DNA from: Octopus bimaculoides
Taxonomy: Eukaryota
Direction: 5' to 3'
DNA length: 39,606 nucleotides
NCBI RefSeq assembly: GCF_001194135.2
Contig: NC_068990.1
Coordinates: 46,654,956-46,694,561 of the forward strand
The notes under the pieces were generated by a model that was not told the DNA's origin, searched no databases, and saw nothing but the letters and a program-made list of their open reading frames with translations. This document shows, piece after piece, positions 1-11,699 of this stretch (its first letter is position 1; the number at the start of each line of letters is the position of its first letter). A program made the translations under genes and the position numbers.

Positions 1-35
<35 letters not shown>

Positions 36-1180
36 GTATATATATACAGGCAGAATAGTTAGTGGGCTGTTATGTAGACGTATGCATGTGTGTATGTATC
101 TGTGTGCCTGTATATATATATGTGTGTGTGTGTATATATATATATATGCATATATATGTAGGTAAATGGATATGAATGTAAACAGATTGACAGACACATA
201 GGTAATATTAACAAACAAGCACACGTACACACATGAAGACTGAATCAGATGACCATATACACAAACGCACATTTCACACAAGGACACATGGAAACACACA
301 TCCATATATAACAGACGCACGTACATAGCCACAAAAACTCACACAGACACACTCAGACATGCACACACAATGAGACGGAGGTACACTCACACAATGCAAA
401 CACACACACATGCATATATATATATATGCATACACACACATATGTGCATACACTCACATATGTGCATACACACACATACATGCACTCATACATACATACA
501 AACATACATATGTGTATGTGCACGCACACTGACCCACACACACGCGCACAAACAAACAAAAAGAACGCATGAAAAAGTTGTGAGACGCAACGAAAGTTTT
601 AGAAACAATAAGTAAATGAGTGGAAACTAAACCGGTGAGTGTGTTAAATAATAAGGCACTAAAAGAGAATGACTCTCCCCAGACACAACAATACACACAC
701 ACACTCACACACACACATGCACACACACGCACAAACACACGCAAACACACATATATGTATAAACAGACGCGTTTGTGTGCATGTATGTATACATACACGA
801 TGGGCGCCCGCACAAACATACGCACACATACACACATAAGCATATAATGAATATAGGCAGGCGATTCCATAAGCATAACAGCATTTAATCAGATGTTAAT
901 ATTCCAAACCTGACAATCTCGTATACATGCATACGTTCATATATACAAACATACTTATATATTTACATATATATACACATACATATATATGTGTGTGCGT
1001 ATATAAATATATGTATATATAGATATATATTCAGCGCACGCATACACACACACATATCCATACCTACACATATACACTCACAAAGGCAGACATATGTACA
1101 GACAGACGTACGCATGCAGAAACGTGCATATGCAGATTTACATTCATACACACTCGCATACACGCTTCCATACTCATAGC
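1..1180. repeat. Microsatellite-rich low-complexity tract ((TA)n, (CA)n, TACA-type)
   Basis: Alternating TA, CA and TG runs throughout. The overlapping ORF calls (poly-CV, HT, YI) are translations of these repeats. Confidence 0.95.
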
Positions 1181-1479
1181 TATATAGAAATACCATTAAC
1201 TGTAAGACAGTCCTTTGGGAGTTGTATTTCATGTGATTCCTACAATGTTTTCTAATAATTCCTATTAAAATGTGACACTTCAGTGCATATGGTCCATTCT
1301 TCTGATGTAATCTGATACAATGATGAAGGCGAACAATTGGCCCCTCTAGATACCAACCTACCTGAGTAGCATTATGTCTTGGATGCAGAAAAAGAGACGT
1401 AGATACTTTACAGTGTAATTTTTCAACCATTCATTGCTTGTTTGTTGTTCTTGTTTTGTTGTTGTTTGCTGTTACTTTT

Positions 1480-2356
<877 letters not shown>

Positions 2357-2360
<4 letters not shown>

Positions 2361-3000
2361 TAGTGGAACATATGTCTGACGATGTCCTGGGGGAGATCTA
2401 GACTTCGATAGAAATGAATTGGTCAACCTGTTCGGGAGGGTGTTCGGGCTGGGGTATTTGGATAATTACCAGAAGTCCCTGGCCTGGTTGTGATGCCGAT
2501 CAGCTTTACTTGTTCGAGAGAGGTTGTTGAGGCACGATAGTGCCATCCCGCCGACATGCTCGAAGTGCGAGCGGGACAGTGAAACTGTTCTGCACGCCTT
2601 CGTGGAGTGTGAAGAGTTAAAGGAATTGATAACCTATTTCGAACAACTGTTGTCAACGAAATGATGAATACAGCTGTTGACTGAATCGGTTATCAAGATT
2701 GTTCCGCCCCCTTCCCTTAACAGGCCATATTGAAAGATACAGTGTGGAAGACTTGCAAAGGGATTGTGACAGGTACCTTCATCTCTGGCCAAGGTATAGT
2801 TAATTACTTTAGCTGTCACCTAAAAAGTAAGATCAAACTGGAAAGGAGATACCTATCGCATAACGTATTTCGAAAAAGATGGATGAACGTAGTGAGAAAG
2901 TTAGGAATGGATGGAGCCAGCTAAGCTCAGCCGCTCAAAACAGAAAAAAAAAAAGGAAACGTTCGTCAACGGCGGTGGGCCTATGAGCCCAGGTAAATCA
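2357..3000 (+). mobile_element. Tx1/L1-clade LINE 3' fragment (zf-RVT C-terminal domain and 3' UTR)
   Basis: The plus strand reads DNYQKSLAWL*CRSALLVRERLLRH...TCSKCERDSETVLHAFVEC (C-x2-C-x8-H-x4-C), then KDTVWK...IVNYFSCHLKSKIKLERRYLSHNVFRKRW...GAS* (stop at 2922-2924). It has in-frame stops and frameshifts. Confidence 0.8.
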
Positions 3001-3242
3001 CAAATAAAATATGACTTGACTGTCAATTATAAGATATGGAAATTTATATAATACCCTTTCCAGAAAGTGCCAACTATGCTCCGAGGAATCGTTATGCATA
3101 TTGTTGACCAATGATAGGAGTATTAACAGATTTTCGGAGCGATTGATATGTTTGCATACAAACAAATATACATACAATAGGAACAATATATCATGATTAC
3201 TTACCTGATTATCAGTTACAAACTACTTAATAGTTTCCTTCA

Positions 3243-3460
3243 AGTGATGAAATTGCTAACAAACTAGTTCTCTGGTAACCAACGGAAGGAAGAACCAGGA
3301 GGGGAAGGAGGAAAACGACCTATATCGACAACTTGCTGGAAGATACGAGTATGGAAGGGGTACAAGAGCTAAGGACCATTATGGAAGATCGAGATGAGTA
3401 GGGAAAATGCGTGGAAACAGTCTTGGGGCATCCTGAGGGACGATCTTGATAGATAGATAT
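3243..3460 (+). mobile_element. RTE-clade LINE extreme 3' fragment with short (GATA) tail
   Basis: Reads SDEIANKLVLW*PTEGRRTRRGRRKTTYIDNLLEDTSMEGVQELRTIMEDRDE*, matching the RTE C-terminal W.P..G.R.RGR...Y.D.L..D...EL...M.DR..W signature. It is followed by GATAGATAGATA. Confidence 0.75.
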
Positions 3461-3479
3461 TTATATTAATAGGTCCAAT

Positions 3480-6060
3480 TTACATAGAGTAAAAACGACA
3501 AAGAAAATTAAAAGGGTGGAAGAAAGGTGTTATAAGTCCAACAGCTGTTTCTGCGGACTCGGCGATCAATAATAATGTTGGCAGATATAGTTCATCACAA
3601 TATGTAGCCGTATTGGATAAAACGGGCCTCCGTCATCAGAGTAGAGATCTTACATTTCAGATCTTAATACAGAGAAATTCGAAAATGGAATGATTAATCG
3701 TGGAGAGCTAGCTGTATTAGAGGGAGGAAGTAGGAAGATCGGTGGGGTTATGGGGGGGGGGTATTAAGAAAGGGAATGGTGAGAGGAGAAAAGATAGTTC
3801 AGGAAGAGCGAGGGGTTAATAATGAGGGTAATAAGGGAGGTAGAAATAGAGGTGGAGAGTTGGGAGATGAATAAGAGGGTAGAGTAGACAGTATATAAGT
3901 GGTAGTCAGTTGTGTTGAGTTTGTCAAAATTCAGGGATAATAGCTACAAAATTATTGGAAGTTGAGATAGTGAGAAAAGGAAAGGCAATTATTTGAGGGA
4001 AGTAAAGTGTCTAGTTCAGTGACAGAGGGAGATTATTACGGCATGTAGAAAGGTATGACAAAAGATAGAGTGGGGGTGAGTTGGTGATTAAGATAGCGGT
4101 GGTTAGTAGAATAATGAATGTGGGTTGGTATTGGAGGGGGAGAAATGAGGTATGCAGAGGTGTATGAAATTGAATAGACAGGGAGGGAGAGGTTGATAAG
4201 TTATTATCCAGTTGGGGGAGGTAGTATTAAGTGCTTTTGGTTGAAGAGGAGAAATGAGAGAAGGTAAAGAATACCACTTGTGAGGATGGGGAGGCTATGA
4301 GGGAGGTGGGATGTGGTGGGTTAGAGGAATTTACAAAGGTGACAATTAGAAGGAATGGTTTAGTAAGAAGGTTGGTATTAGTTGAGGTGGTAAGTTGCTA
4401 GGCTGACCTTGTCGTACCTCAAGGTTAATTTTAATTGAGGATAGTTATAGTTATGAGATTACAAAGATTTAATAAAATGGGCAAATGATAAGTAGAGCCT
4501 GTGTTTACAAGACAGTATTACATCTGAGCACATATTAAGTAATGAGGGTTGTGCTGGCGAAGGATGGTCAACGATTCTCTTATAAATGATTTATAAATAC
4601 CAATGTTTGTGTTGTAAGGGGGAGCCTCACTTGCGATGGACCAGAATAGGGTATAGGGAACGTTTTAAGATTTGAGGTTGTGTGTGTATAAGTTGCTAAA
4701 GAGGTAGATAATTTAGAATTTGGATTGGAGAAAGAGTTCATATGTGCATGGTAGGGGCACTTGAAATCAACTGTGCCGCCCTTATAGACACTTGTTTGAT
4801 GGGAACGTGGTGTTATAACACGGCACTTGTAGACTTCATTTTTACGGAGACAGAAATCTCCAAGTGGGCAGAGTTGAGATACCCGACATTTGCAAGTTTT
4901 CCTACCTGCTCTTGCGGTTAGAGTCTACCGCTGAGGAGGTCAAATTTCTATGGTCCGTTATTAGTAAAGAAGACCTGGAAGTACAATCGGTATCAGTATT
5001 GGACTGGGAGGCGGTATCGCTGCTAGTATATGTGGTCACATGGGTAGTATTGTGGGAAGATACCGTGAGTTTGTTATCATTTAGTGGAGGGGTGATACTG
5101 AGGGTTGTATTATTGCTGCTAGGTGGGTTAATGTGGGGGTGCAGTTGGACAAGTTTCTGGTTCCAAGGACTGGCGTTGTAGTTTGCGTCTACGAGAGGAG
5201 GCGATTATGGATCCCAAACTAGGTGTGGTAAGGTAGGAGATTTTAACAGATGATTTATTAAAGACAGGTTAGTATTTATGCTGTGGTGAGAAGTTAGAGT
5301 TTAGGATTTTAAAGAAAAGTTTGGGTAGAGATTTAACTTGTAGGGAGAAAGGTGGTGCGAACCTCAGGATCTCCCACTTCCTCCCCTTAGAATATTTAGA
5401 ACGTGTGGTTATAGCGGGTGGATTAAGATTGAGAGGCTAAGAGATGGCCATTGGGGTTGTTGACTGCGATGCGTAGGAGTTTTTTTTTTTGATAGTTGAT
5501 GGATTGATGTTGAGTGGAAGAAAGATCTGTGGAGTCAGAGTTAGTATTAGGAAAAAGATATGCAAATTTTGTTTTAAGCTTACTATTGAGGATATAGGAG
5601 ATCTTTTCACGAAAGCAACTTATCTGGAGGGCCTAATTATATTACAGGGCATGACTGTTGAAAACTTCTTCATTAGTAGATAAGTTGGAGATTCTGATAG
5701 AAATACCTGTGATTATACTATTAATGGTAAATTTAGGGTGGGTTGATAGAACGTTTATATACTGTAAATATTGACGGGGTTTATGAGAAGGGTGATATAA
5801 ATTTGTATTTAAGTCCAGAGTAACGTCTAAGAAAGTGGCCACTCTAGCGTCATTTTCGAATGAGGTTATTGTTTTTAAAATGCTTATGTAGGGCTTTTTG
5901 GTGCGTTCCACAGAAGGTTGAGATAATCCAGTTGCTGTAAAGAGTGCAGTTACTGGGCTGAGTCAGATGAGCCGAAGAAATTGGTAGAGGAGTTGCGGAT
6001 CCAGTAATTACCCTTAAAGTGAATTAGAGTTTTCCTAGCAGCCAGGATGATATCACTGTC
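3480..6060 (-). mobile_element. Penelope-like element (RT thumb, Cys linker, GIY-YIG endonuclease, 3' pLTR-like region), degenerate
   Basis: Minus strand: AARKTLIHFKGNYWIR..GSSDSAQ (about 6040-5950); FLDVTLDLNTNLYHPSHKP..YINVLSTHPK..ISIRISNLSTNEEVF (5911-5642); FAPPFS...NSNFSPQHKY*PVFNKSSVKISY (about 5350-5240); KTCKCRVSQLCPLGDFC then VYKCRV...FKCPYHAHMNSFS..STSLATY...LFWSIASEAPPY...ESLTI...CKHR (about 4900-4480). The YRDD catalytic segment is deleted. Confidence 0.85.
3530..3650 (-). ncRNA. Possible degenerate hammerhead ribozyme in the Penelope pLTR
   Basis: The minus strand has CTGATGA (3639-3633), CGGA...TCCG as a possible stem II with a loop of about 70 nt, then GAAAC-AGCT-GTT (palindromic stem III and GUH triplet). 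Two extra nucleotides precede GAAA and stem I is weak (about 2 bp). Confidence 0.3.
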
Positions 6061-6088
6061 AGATCGAGATGTATTTAAGTGTGTATAT

Positions 6089-6125
<37 letters not shown>

Positions 6126-6500
6126 GGCACGCACATATGTGTGTGTGTGTATATATGCTTATCTGTGTGTATGTGTAGGTTTATATAATTAAAATAACGC
6201 TACGAAAACAGCAACACCAGAAACTATGTGACAGTGAAGCTCAGAAAGATAGAAGTGATTTTAACGTTTCAGATGTTAGCTCTTATTCAGAACAAAAAAA
6301 AGGGGGGGGGTGATTATGGAGGCAATGACAGATAGTGGTAGCACGTGTTTATCACGTTAGCATCAATTTGAAAATATACGTGAAAAAAAGACAAACAAAA
6401 GATTTTCATACCGTATAAAGCGGAAGAAGAGATAACGCACATGCGCGTGTTCATATTGTATTGTGCAGCAGTATGTATAGGTGTGTATGTGTGTGTGTGT

Positions 6501-7042
6501 NNNNNNNNNNNNNNNNNNNNNNNNNNNNNNNNNNNNNNNNNNNNNNNNNNNNNNNNNNNNNNNNNNNNNNNNNNNNNNNNNNNNNNNNNNNNNNNNNNNN
6601 NNNNNNNNNNNNNNNNNNNNNNNNNNNNNNNNNNNNNNNNNNNNNNNNNNNNNNNNNNNNNNNNNNNNNNNNNNNNNNNNNNNNNNNNNNNNNNNNNNNN
6701 NNNNNNNNNNNNNNNNNNNNNNNNNNNNNNNNNNNNNNNNNNNNNNNNNNNNNNNNNNNNNNNNNNNNNNNNNNNNNNNNNNNNNNNNNNNNNNNNNNNN
6801 NNNNNNNNNNNNNNNNNNNNNNNNNNNNNNNNNNNNNNNNNNNNNNNNNNNNNNNNNNNNNNNNNNNNNNNNNNNNNNNNNNNNNNNNNNNNNNNNNNNN
6901 NNNNNNNNNNNNNNNNNNNNNNNNNNNNNNNNNNNNNNNNNNNNNNNNNNNNNNNNNNNNNNNNNNNNNNNNNNNNNNNNNNNNNNNNNNNNNNNNNNNN
7001 NNNNNNNNNNNNNNNNNNNNNNNNNNNNNNNNNNNNNNNNNN
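6501..7042. other. Assembly gap (N run)
   Basis: Run of N flanked by (GT)n and (ATAC)n microsatellites. Confidence 1.
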
Positions 7043-7258
7043 ATACATACATACATACATACATACATTCATACATACATACATACATAATACATACATA
7101 CATACATACTTACGTACATACATACATACGTACATACGTACGTACGTACGCACGTACGTACATACAAACATACATACATATATACTGTGTATCTTATATA
7201 TGTTATATATATGTAAGATGTATAAATATATATTTATAGATATATAAAATATGCGTGT

Positions 7259-7303
<45 letters not shown>

Positions 7304-7320
7304 AATGCATACACACACAT
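7043..7320. repeat. (ATAC)n, (ACGT)n and (CA)n microsatellites
   Basis: Read directly from the sequence. Confidence 0.95.
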
Positions 7321-8017
7321 GCTGAGATGAGCTATTATATCAGGGCATAAATATAATTTATGGGTCAGTTTGTAACAATCGGAAGCTATCATTTTTGTAA
7401 AAGAAACAAATAAAATAGGAAATAAATATCTACAGATGAATAGAACACACGTGAATATTAGAGGTACGAATGAAATAATAGGTAAAAAGATAACTTACGT
7501 ACATAAAAAGATTTAAAGAAACGCAGACACTTATTCACATAAAATTTCGAAACATACAAAATTCAAAAACCATGTGAAGCAGATTATTAATATCCCCGGG
7601 AAAAGTAAAGGAGAGAAATAAAACAAATATTTATTATAGAAATTACCAAGGTGCATTATAGTAAAAACATTGCAAAGCAAAACGGATAACCAATCGCTCA
7701 GAAAATATGAAATCGGTGTAAAGAAATTTTTAACTCTGAGGCAGTAGTCCGTAAAGTTTTTATAGAATTGCCTAGCATCAATTTATATCTACATCTGAGA
7801 TGTAAAGATATAATTCACGAGAAAAAAAAAAAACCAATAAAAACCAAAGTCTATTGCAAAGAAGTTCTTGCATAATCCAAAGCGTAGATATTCAAGAGCA
7901 GACAATTATACAGATCGACGACAATTTGTACATATACCTATATCAAATTACAAATATTCAGTCTGGACAACTCGAGTATACTTAGAATGTATTTATACCA
8001 AGATTATACACAGACAC

Positions 8018-8136
<119 letters not shown>

Positions 8137-8454
8137 CACATGTATAAATAAACGATAACGATGTAGTTATCAGCATAAGTTTGATATCAGTTACAATTGT
8201 TTCAATGGCATTCCATTTCAGACAACCTAACAAGTAAATGATTATGAGTGGTAAATTACACAAAACGTGAATAATTTATTGATGGTTGACGTTGTCAGCA
8301 ATGCGGTCCTCGTCAGACGCATATTAAACTAGTTATAAGACATAATATATCAGAAGGATATTTAGAACAACCAAACCAACTAACTAAAAAAAAAAATAAT
8401 AATAAGTATGAAACAAAGCAAAACAAAGCAAAAATAATAATAATACCTATAATA

Positions 8455-8628
8455 ATCCTTTGTACTCTAGGTAGAAGGCCTGAAAATTGGTAGAAGTTGG
8501 TTGTCTATTATACTGACCCTAGTGCAGGGTTGGTACTGTTTAATCATTCCGAAAGGGACAAACGCAAAATTAAACTCTGGGGAGAGCACTAAGTTCAGCG
8601 TACTAACGAATCTACCAGTTCACTGGTT
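8455..8628 (-). mobile_element. Degenerate, internally deleted copy of SINE family 2 ((ATT)n-tailed)
   Basis: Retains ATCCTT..TACT.TAGG (tail), GGTACTG..T.ATC..CCGAAAGG (body) and CTAACGAATCT.CCAGTTCAC (head), collinear with the copies at 9478 and 9718. Confidence 0.6.
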
Positions 8629-8656
8629 AATAATAATAATAATAATAATAATAATC

Positions 8657-8710
<54 letters not shown>

Positions 8711-8729
8711 GTAATAATAATAATAATAA

Positions 8730-9126
8730 TTAGAAATTAGCAAGATGTGGAACCTGAAGACTAAAACAATACCTATTGTCACAGGTGCCCTGGGAATGAC
8801 AGCGAAACGGGCTGATTACTACCTAGCTCAGATACCAGGAAACCCCAAAATGGCTGAAGTTCAAAAGATAGTGCTCATGGGAACTGCCCATATCCTACGT
8901 AAAGTACTGTCTATGTGATCTCCAATTTTAAAACAAACACATAATTTTCTTAAACATTCTCTAGAACAACACTATGTACAAATCCAAATATATGGTACCC
9001 TAGGCATAACACCTACATGAACTTCTAACTTGTTGTCTCTTGAGGTCTCTGGGTGAGACTTGGATCCAACTTGTACAAATGCAAAACAAAAGTCAAACAT
9101 AAAATAATAATAATAATAATAATAAT
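8730..9126 (+). mobile_element. R4/Dong-type LINE 3' end inserted in (TAA)n
   Basis: 8730-8918 reads LEISKMWNLKTKTIPIVTGALGMTAKRADYYLAQIPGNPKMAEVQKIVLMGTAHILRKVLSM* with no internal stop. About 185 nt of UTR follows, and (TAA)n lies on both sides. Confidence 0.88.
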
Positions 9127-9460
9127 ATTTCTATTATTGTGGGTGCCCTTGATATGATAAGAAAGAAATGTCAGAAACATCTAGATAATATTCCAGGAGA
9201 CCGTGTCTCAGAGAAATCCAAAAGATTGCGCTGACAAGTACTGCCCACATCCTCAGAAAAACTATCAGTTTAAATGTGTGTGTTGTATTACACATGATAT
9301 TTCGTTACTGCCCCGCCACTTGCCCTCTCCAAGCTTTCAGTCATACTGTAACATCTCTTATACTTCACTCACCCTAGGATGCTGGGTCTGTCTCGGCGAG
9401 AGATTGCAACAAACCTGCAGATTAAAAATAAATAAATAATAATAATAATAATAATAATTA
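9127..9460 (+). mobile_element. Second, different R4/Dong-type LINE 3' end in tandem
   Basis: Reads ISIIVGALDMIRKKCQKHLDNIPGD/[frameshift]/LREIQKIALTSTAHILRKTISL. It has a different 3' UTR and an (AAT)n tail, and starts directly at the tail of the previous element. Confidence 0.8.
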
Positions 9461-9477
9461 TTATTATTATTATAATA

Positions 9478-9692
9478 ATCCTTTCTATTATAGGCACAAC
9501 GCTTGGAATTTGGAGGGAAGGGTAAGTCGATTACATCGACCCCAGTACTCAATTGGTACTTAATTTATCGACCCCGAAAGGATGAAAGGCAAAGTCGACC
9601 TCGGTGGAATTTGAACTTAGGACGTAGCGGCAGATGAAATACCGCTAAGCATCTCGCTCGGCGTGCTAACGTTTCTGTCATCTCGCCGCCTT
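9478..9692 (-). mobile_element. tRNA-derived SINE family 2, full length
   Basis: The minus strand starts AAGGCGGCGAG, has a B-box-like GTTCAAATTCC, the body GGTCGACTTTGCCTTTCATCCTTTCGGGGTCGATAAATTAAGTACC, and ends AGAAAGGATTATT. Similar copies occur at several places in the window. Confidence 0.9.
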
Positions 9693-9717
9693 GATAATAA
9701 CAATAATAATAATCATC

Positions 9718-9925
9718 ATCCTTTCTACTGGAAGCACAAGGCCTCGAATTTGGGGGAAGGGATTAAGTCAATTACATCGACCCCAGTGCGTACTAATTTT
9801 ATCGACTCCGAAAGGATGAAAGGCAAAGTCGACCTCGGTGGAATTTGAACTCAGAACGTAGTGGCAGACTAAACACCGCTAAGCATTTCGCCCGATGTAC
9901 CAACAATTCTGCCAAGCTCACCGCC

Positions 9926-9927
<2 letters not shown>
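9718..9927 (-). mobile_element. tRNA-derived SINE family 2, full length, tandem copy
   Basis: Collinear with 9478-9692 and flanked by (AAT)n/(CAT)n. Confidence 0.9.
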
Positions 9928-9992
<65 letters not shown>

Positions 9993-9994
9993 TG

Positions 9995-10026
<32 letters not shown>

Positions 10027-10040
10027 GATGATGATGATGA
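9928..10040. repeat. (AAT)n(GAT)n microsatellite
   Basis: Read directly from the sequence. Confidence 0.97.
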
Positions 10041-10229
10041 TTTCATTTGTTTTCCACAAGGGCGAAAGATGAGGGGGACAATACAGAGACAGACATAAAG
10101 TGTATGTGTGTGTGGGGGGGTTATATATAATAATGAAATGATTAAAAAACGTATACATGGTATACACTGGAAAAAAAGAGATATATGCATAGCATACAAT
10201 AGTAAAAAAGGGGAAGGATGATAGGTATG

Positions 10230-11625
10230 TGGCCCTCCTAATACAGGAACGCCTCTAGGGATAATCGAGGAGCCCCACTGTCCGAGATTTCCGTGAAACC
10301 TTATGAGCAAGTACCCTCTCCAATTCCTTCTCTCCGACTTGTGCAATCGCTCATTGCCTCGCTAAATTTCAGCGGCTGTTATCGGCCTTTCACATAACCT
10401 CACGTCAGATGCCGAGAGCCGTGGCAAGCCGTCCAGGTACGAACTAAAGTCCAGTACCGTCGTCGACTCATCTCCCCATCCAAACAGCCGCGCGAAGTAC
10501 TGCTGAAAAGCCGCTCACATCTGATCGTGGTTTTGTTTCCACGTCGCGTCTCCACTGTTCGAGCCCATCGGACAGCTTTAGTTCTTCCTGTTTGAGTGCC
10601 CGGGCCTTAGCTCTAACAACGCAACCTTCGTGTTACGCTTCGAAGAAATGATCAAGGGTCATTCTCGCCGCTAACACATCGGTCGCAATCCCTTTTTAAT
10701 CGCTTCTTCTAATTTGCTAACTAGTTAACCCTCTAATCTATTCCTTTCTATTGCTAACTATTTGCTAAATGCTATCGATTCTGCTCTAATCTCCCTCTTC
10801 AGGGTGGCCCACCACCAGTTGTTGACGGTTGCCTCTGTCAAATGCCGCTTAACTTGTTCACTAATATGGTCCCTGTAGTCTTTGCGAGCCAGAAAGATGC
10901 GCTTAATTTCCAATAACCGGGTCCCTATCTACGAGTCCTATCTAACTCGACTGTGCAGATCACAAACTTGTGGTCTGTGTAGCCTACTAATTCAAATTGT
11001 GGACAACCTACTCTATCCCTATCCAATGACCTAACAAATACTCTATCTGTATACAATCTTGATGACCCATTGTGGTTGCTTCATTTCCATAATGGTACAT
11101 CAGGGAAATCCAGTCGATACCTATCAGAGAATTCGAAGTCTCTGAGTAGGTTTCCGAGATTTTTGCATTCCCGTCTTCTGTGTACTAGCCCCACACAGTC
11201 CTCCCGGACGTCCAAAATCCCATTCCAGTCCCCTACTGGTACTAAACTGCGAGACGTTCCCAGGCAAGTTTCTATACATCTGAAGAATTCTGGCTTTCCG
11301 GCTCCTATCGAGGCATAGACGACCACCAATCTGAGGGTGCCACCTTCACTACCATTCACATCCACGAACCTGCCACATGGGTCCTTCGAGATCTAAGGAT
11401 CTTCGGAATAGCACTGCTACCCCACCGCCCTCTCCAAACAGACCACATGCTGAGAATCTCATAGTCATTGAAAATGGGCGCTAATGCTTGCGCATTAGAA
11501 ATCCTTGCCTCGTTAACTGCAGCAACATCTAAACCGAGTGACCTGAGGTCGTTTAGTGAGTGACCTTGTTTCCAAGGTGACCTCAAGCCACGAACATTCA
11601 CACACCCTACTCTGAAAACGACCAT
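10230..11625 (-). pseudogene. Tx1/L1-clade ORF2 pseudogene (APE endonuclease and linker; RT absent)
   Basis: Reads MVVFRVGCVNVRGLRS...DVAAVNEA; LRLVVVYA...VGDWNGILD...SDRYRLDFP..W; DRVFV...YTDHKFV; GPGYWKL; EGCVVRAKAR; FQQYFARLF...LPRLS..CERPITAAEI. These are APE catalytic motifs and Tx1-type linker, with many stops and frameshifts. Confidence 0.88.
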
Positions 11626-11699
11626 GTTTATTGGTGAAACAAAATGGAAGAACGCCACTTATCTTGGATTTTGAGTGGTCGGCTGATTCAGCTGTCTCG

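Noticed and set aside
353-1179. Overlapping ORFs of 60-140 aa (CVCV/HTHT-rich)
   Set aside because: They are translations of CA/TG/TA microsatellites, open in several frames on both strands.
963-1430. 155-aa minus-strand ORF and non-repetitive segment 1200-1430
   Set aside because: Half of it is microsatellite. The unique part gives no recognisable peptide in any frame and no convincing splice pair.
6179-6313. Possible terminal exon VYIIKITLRKQQHQKLCDSEAQKDR...GGG*
   Set aside because: The acceptor is microsatellite-derived, the frame is short and ends in homopolymers, and there is no homology.
6314-7318. Long ORFs spanning N runs (also 26641-27528 and 38161-38774)
   Set aside because: Artefacts of translating assembly gaps.
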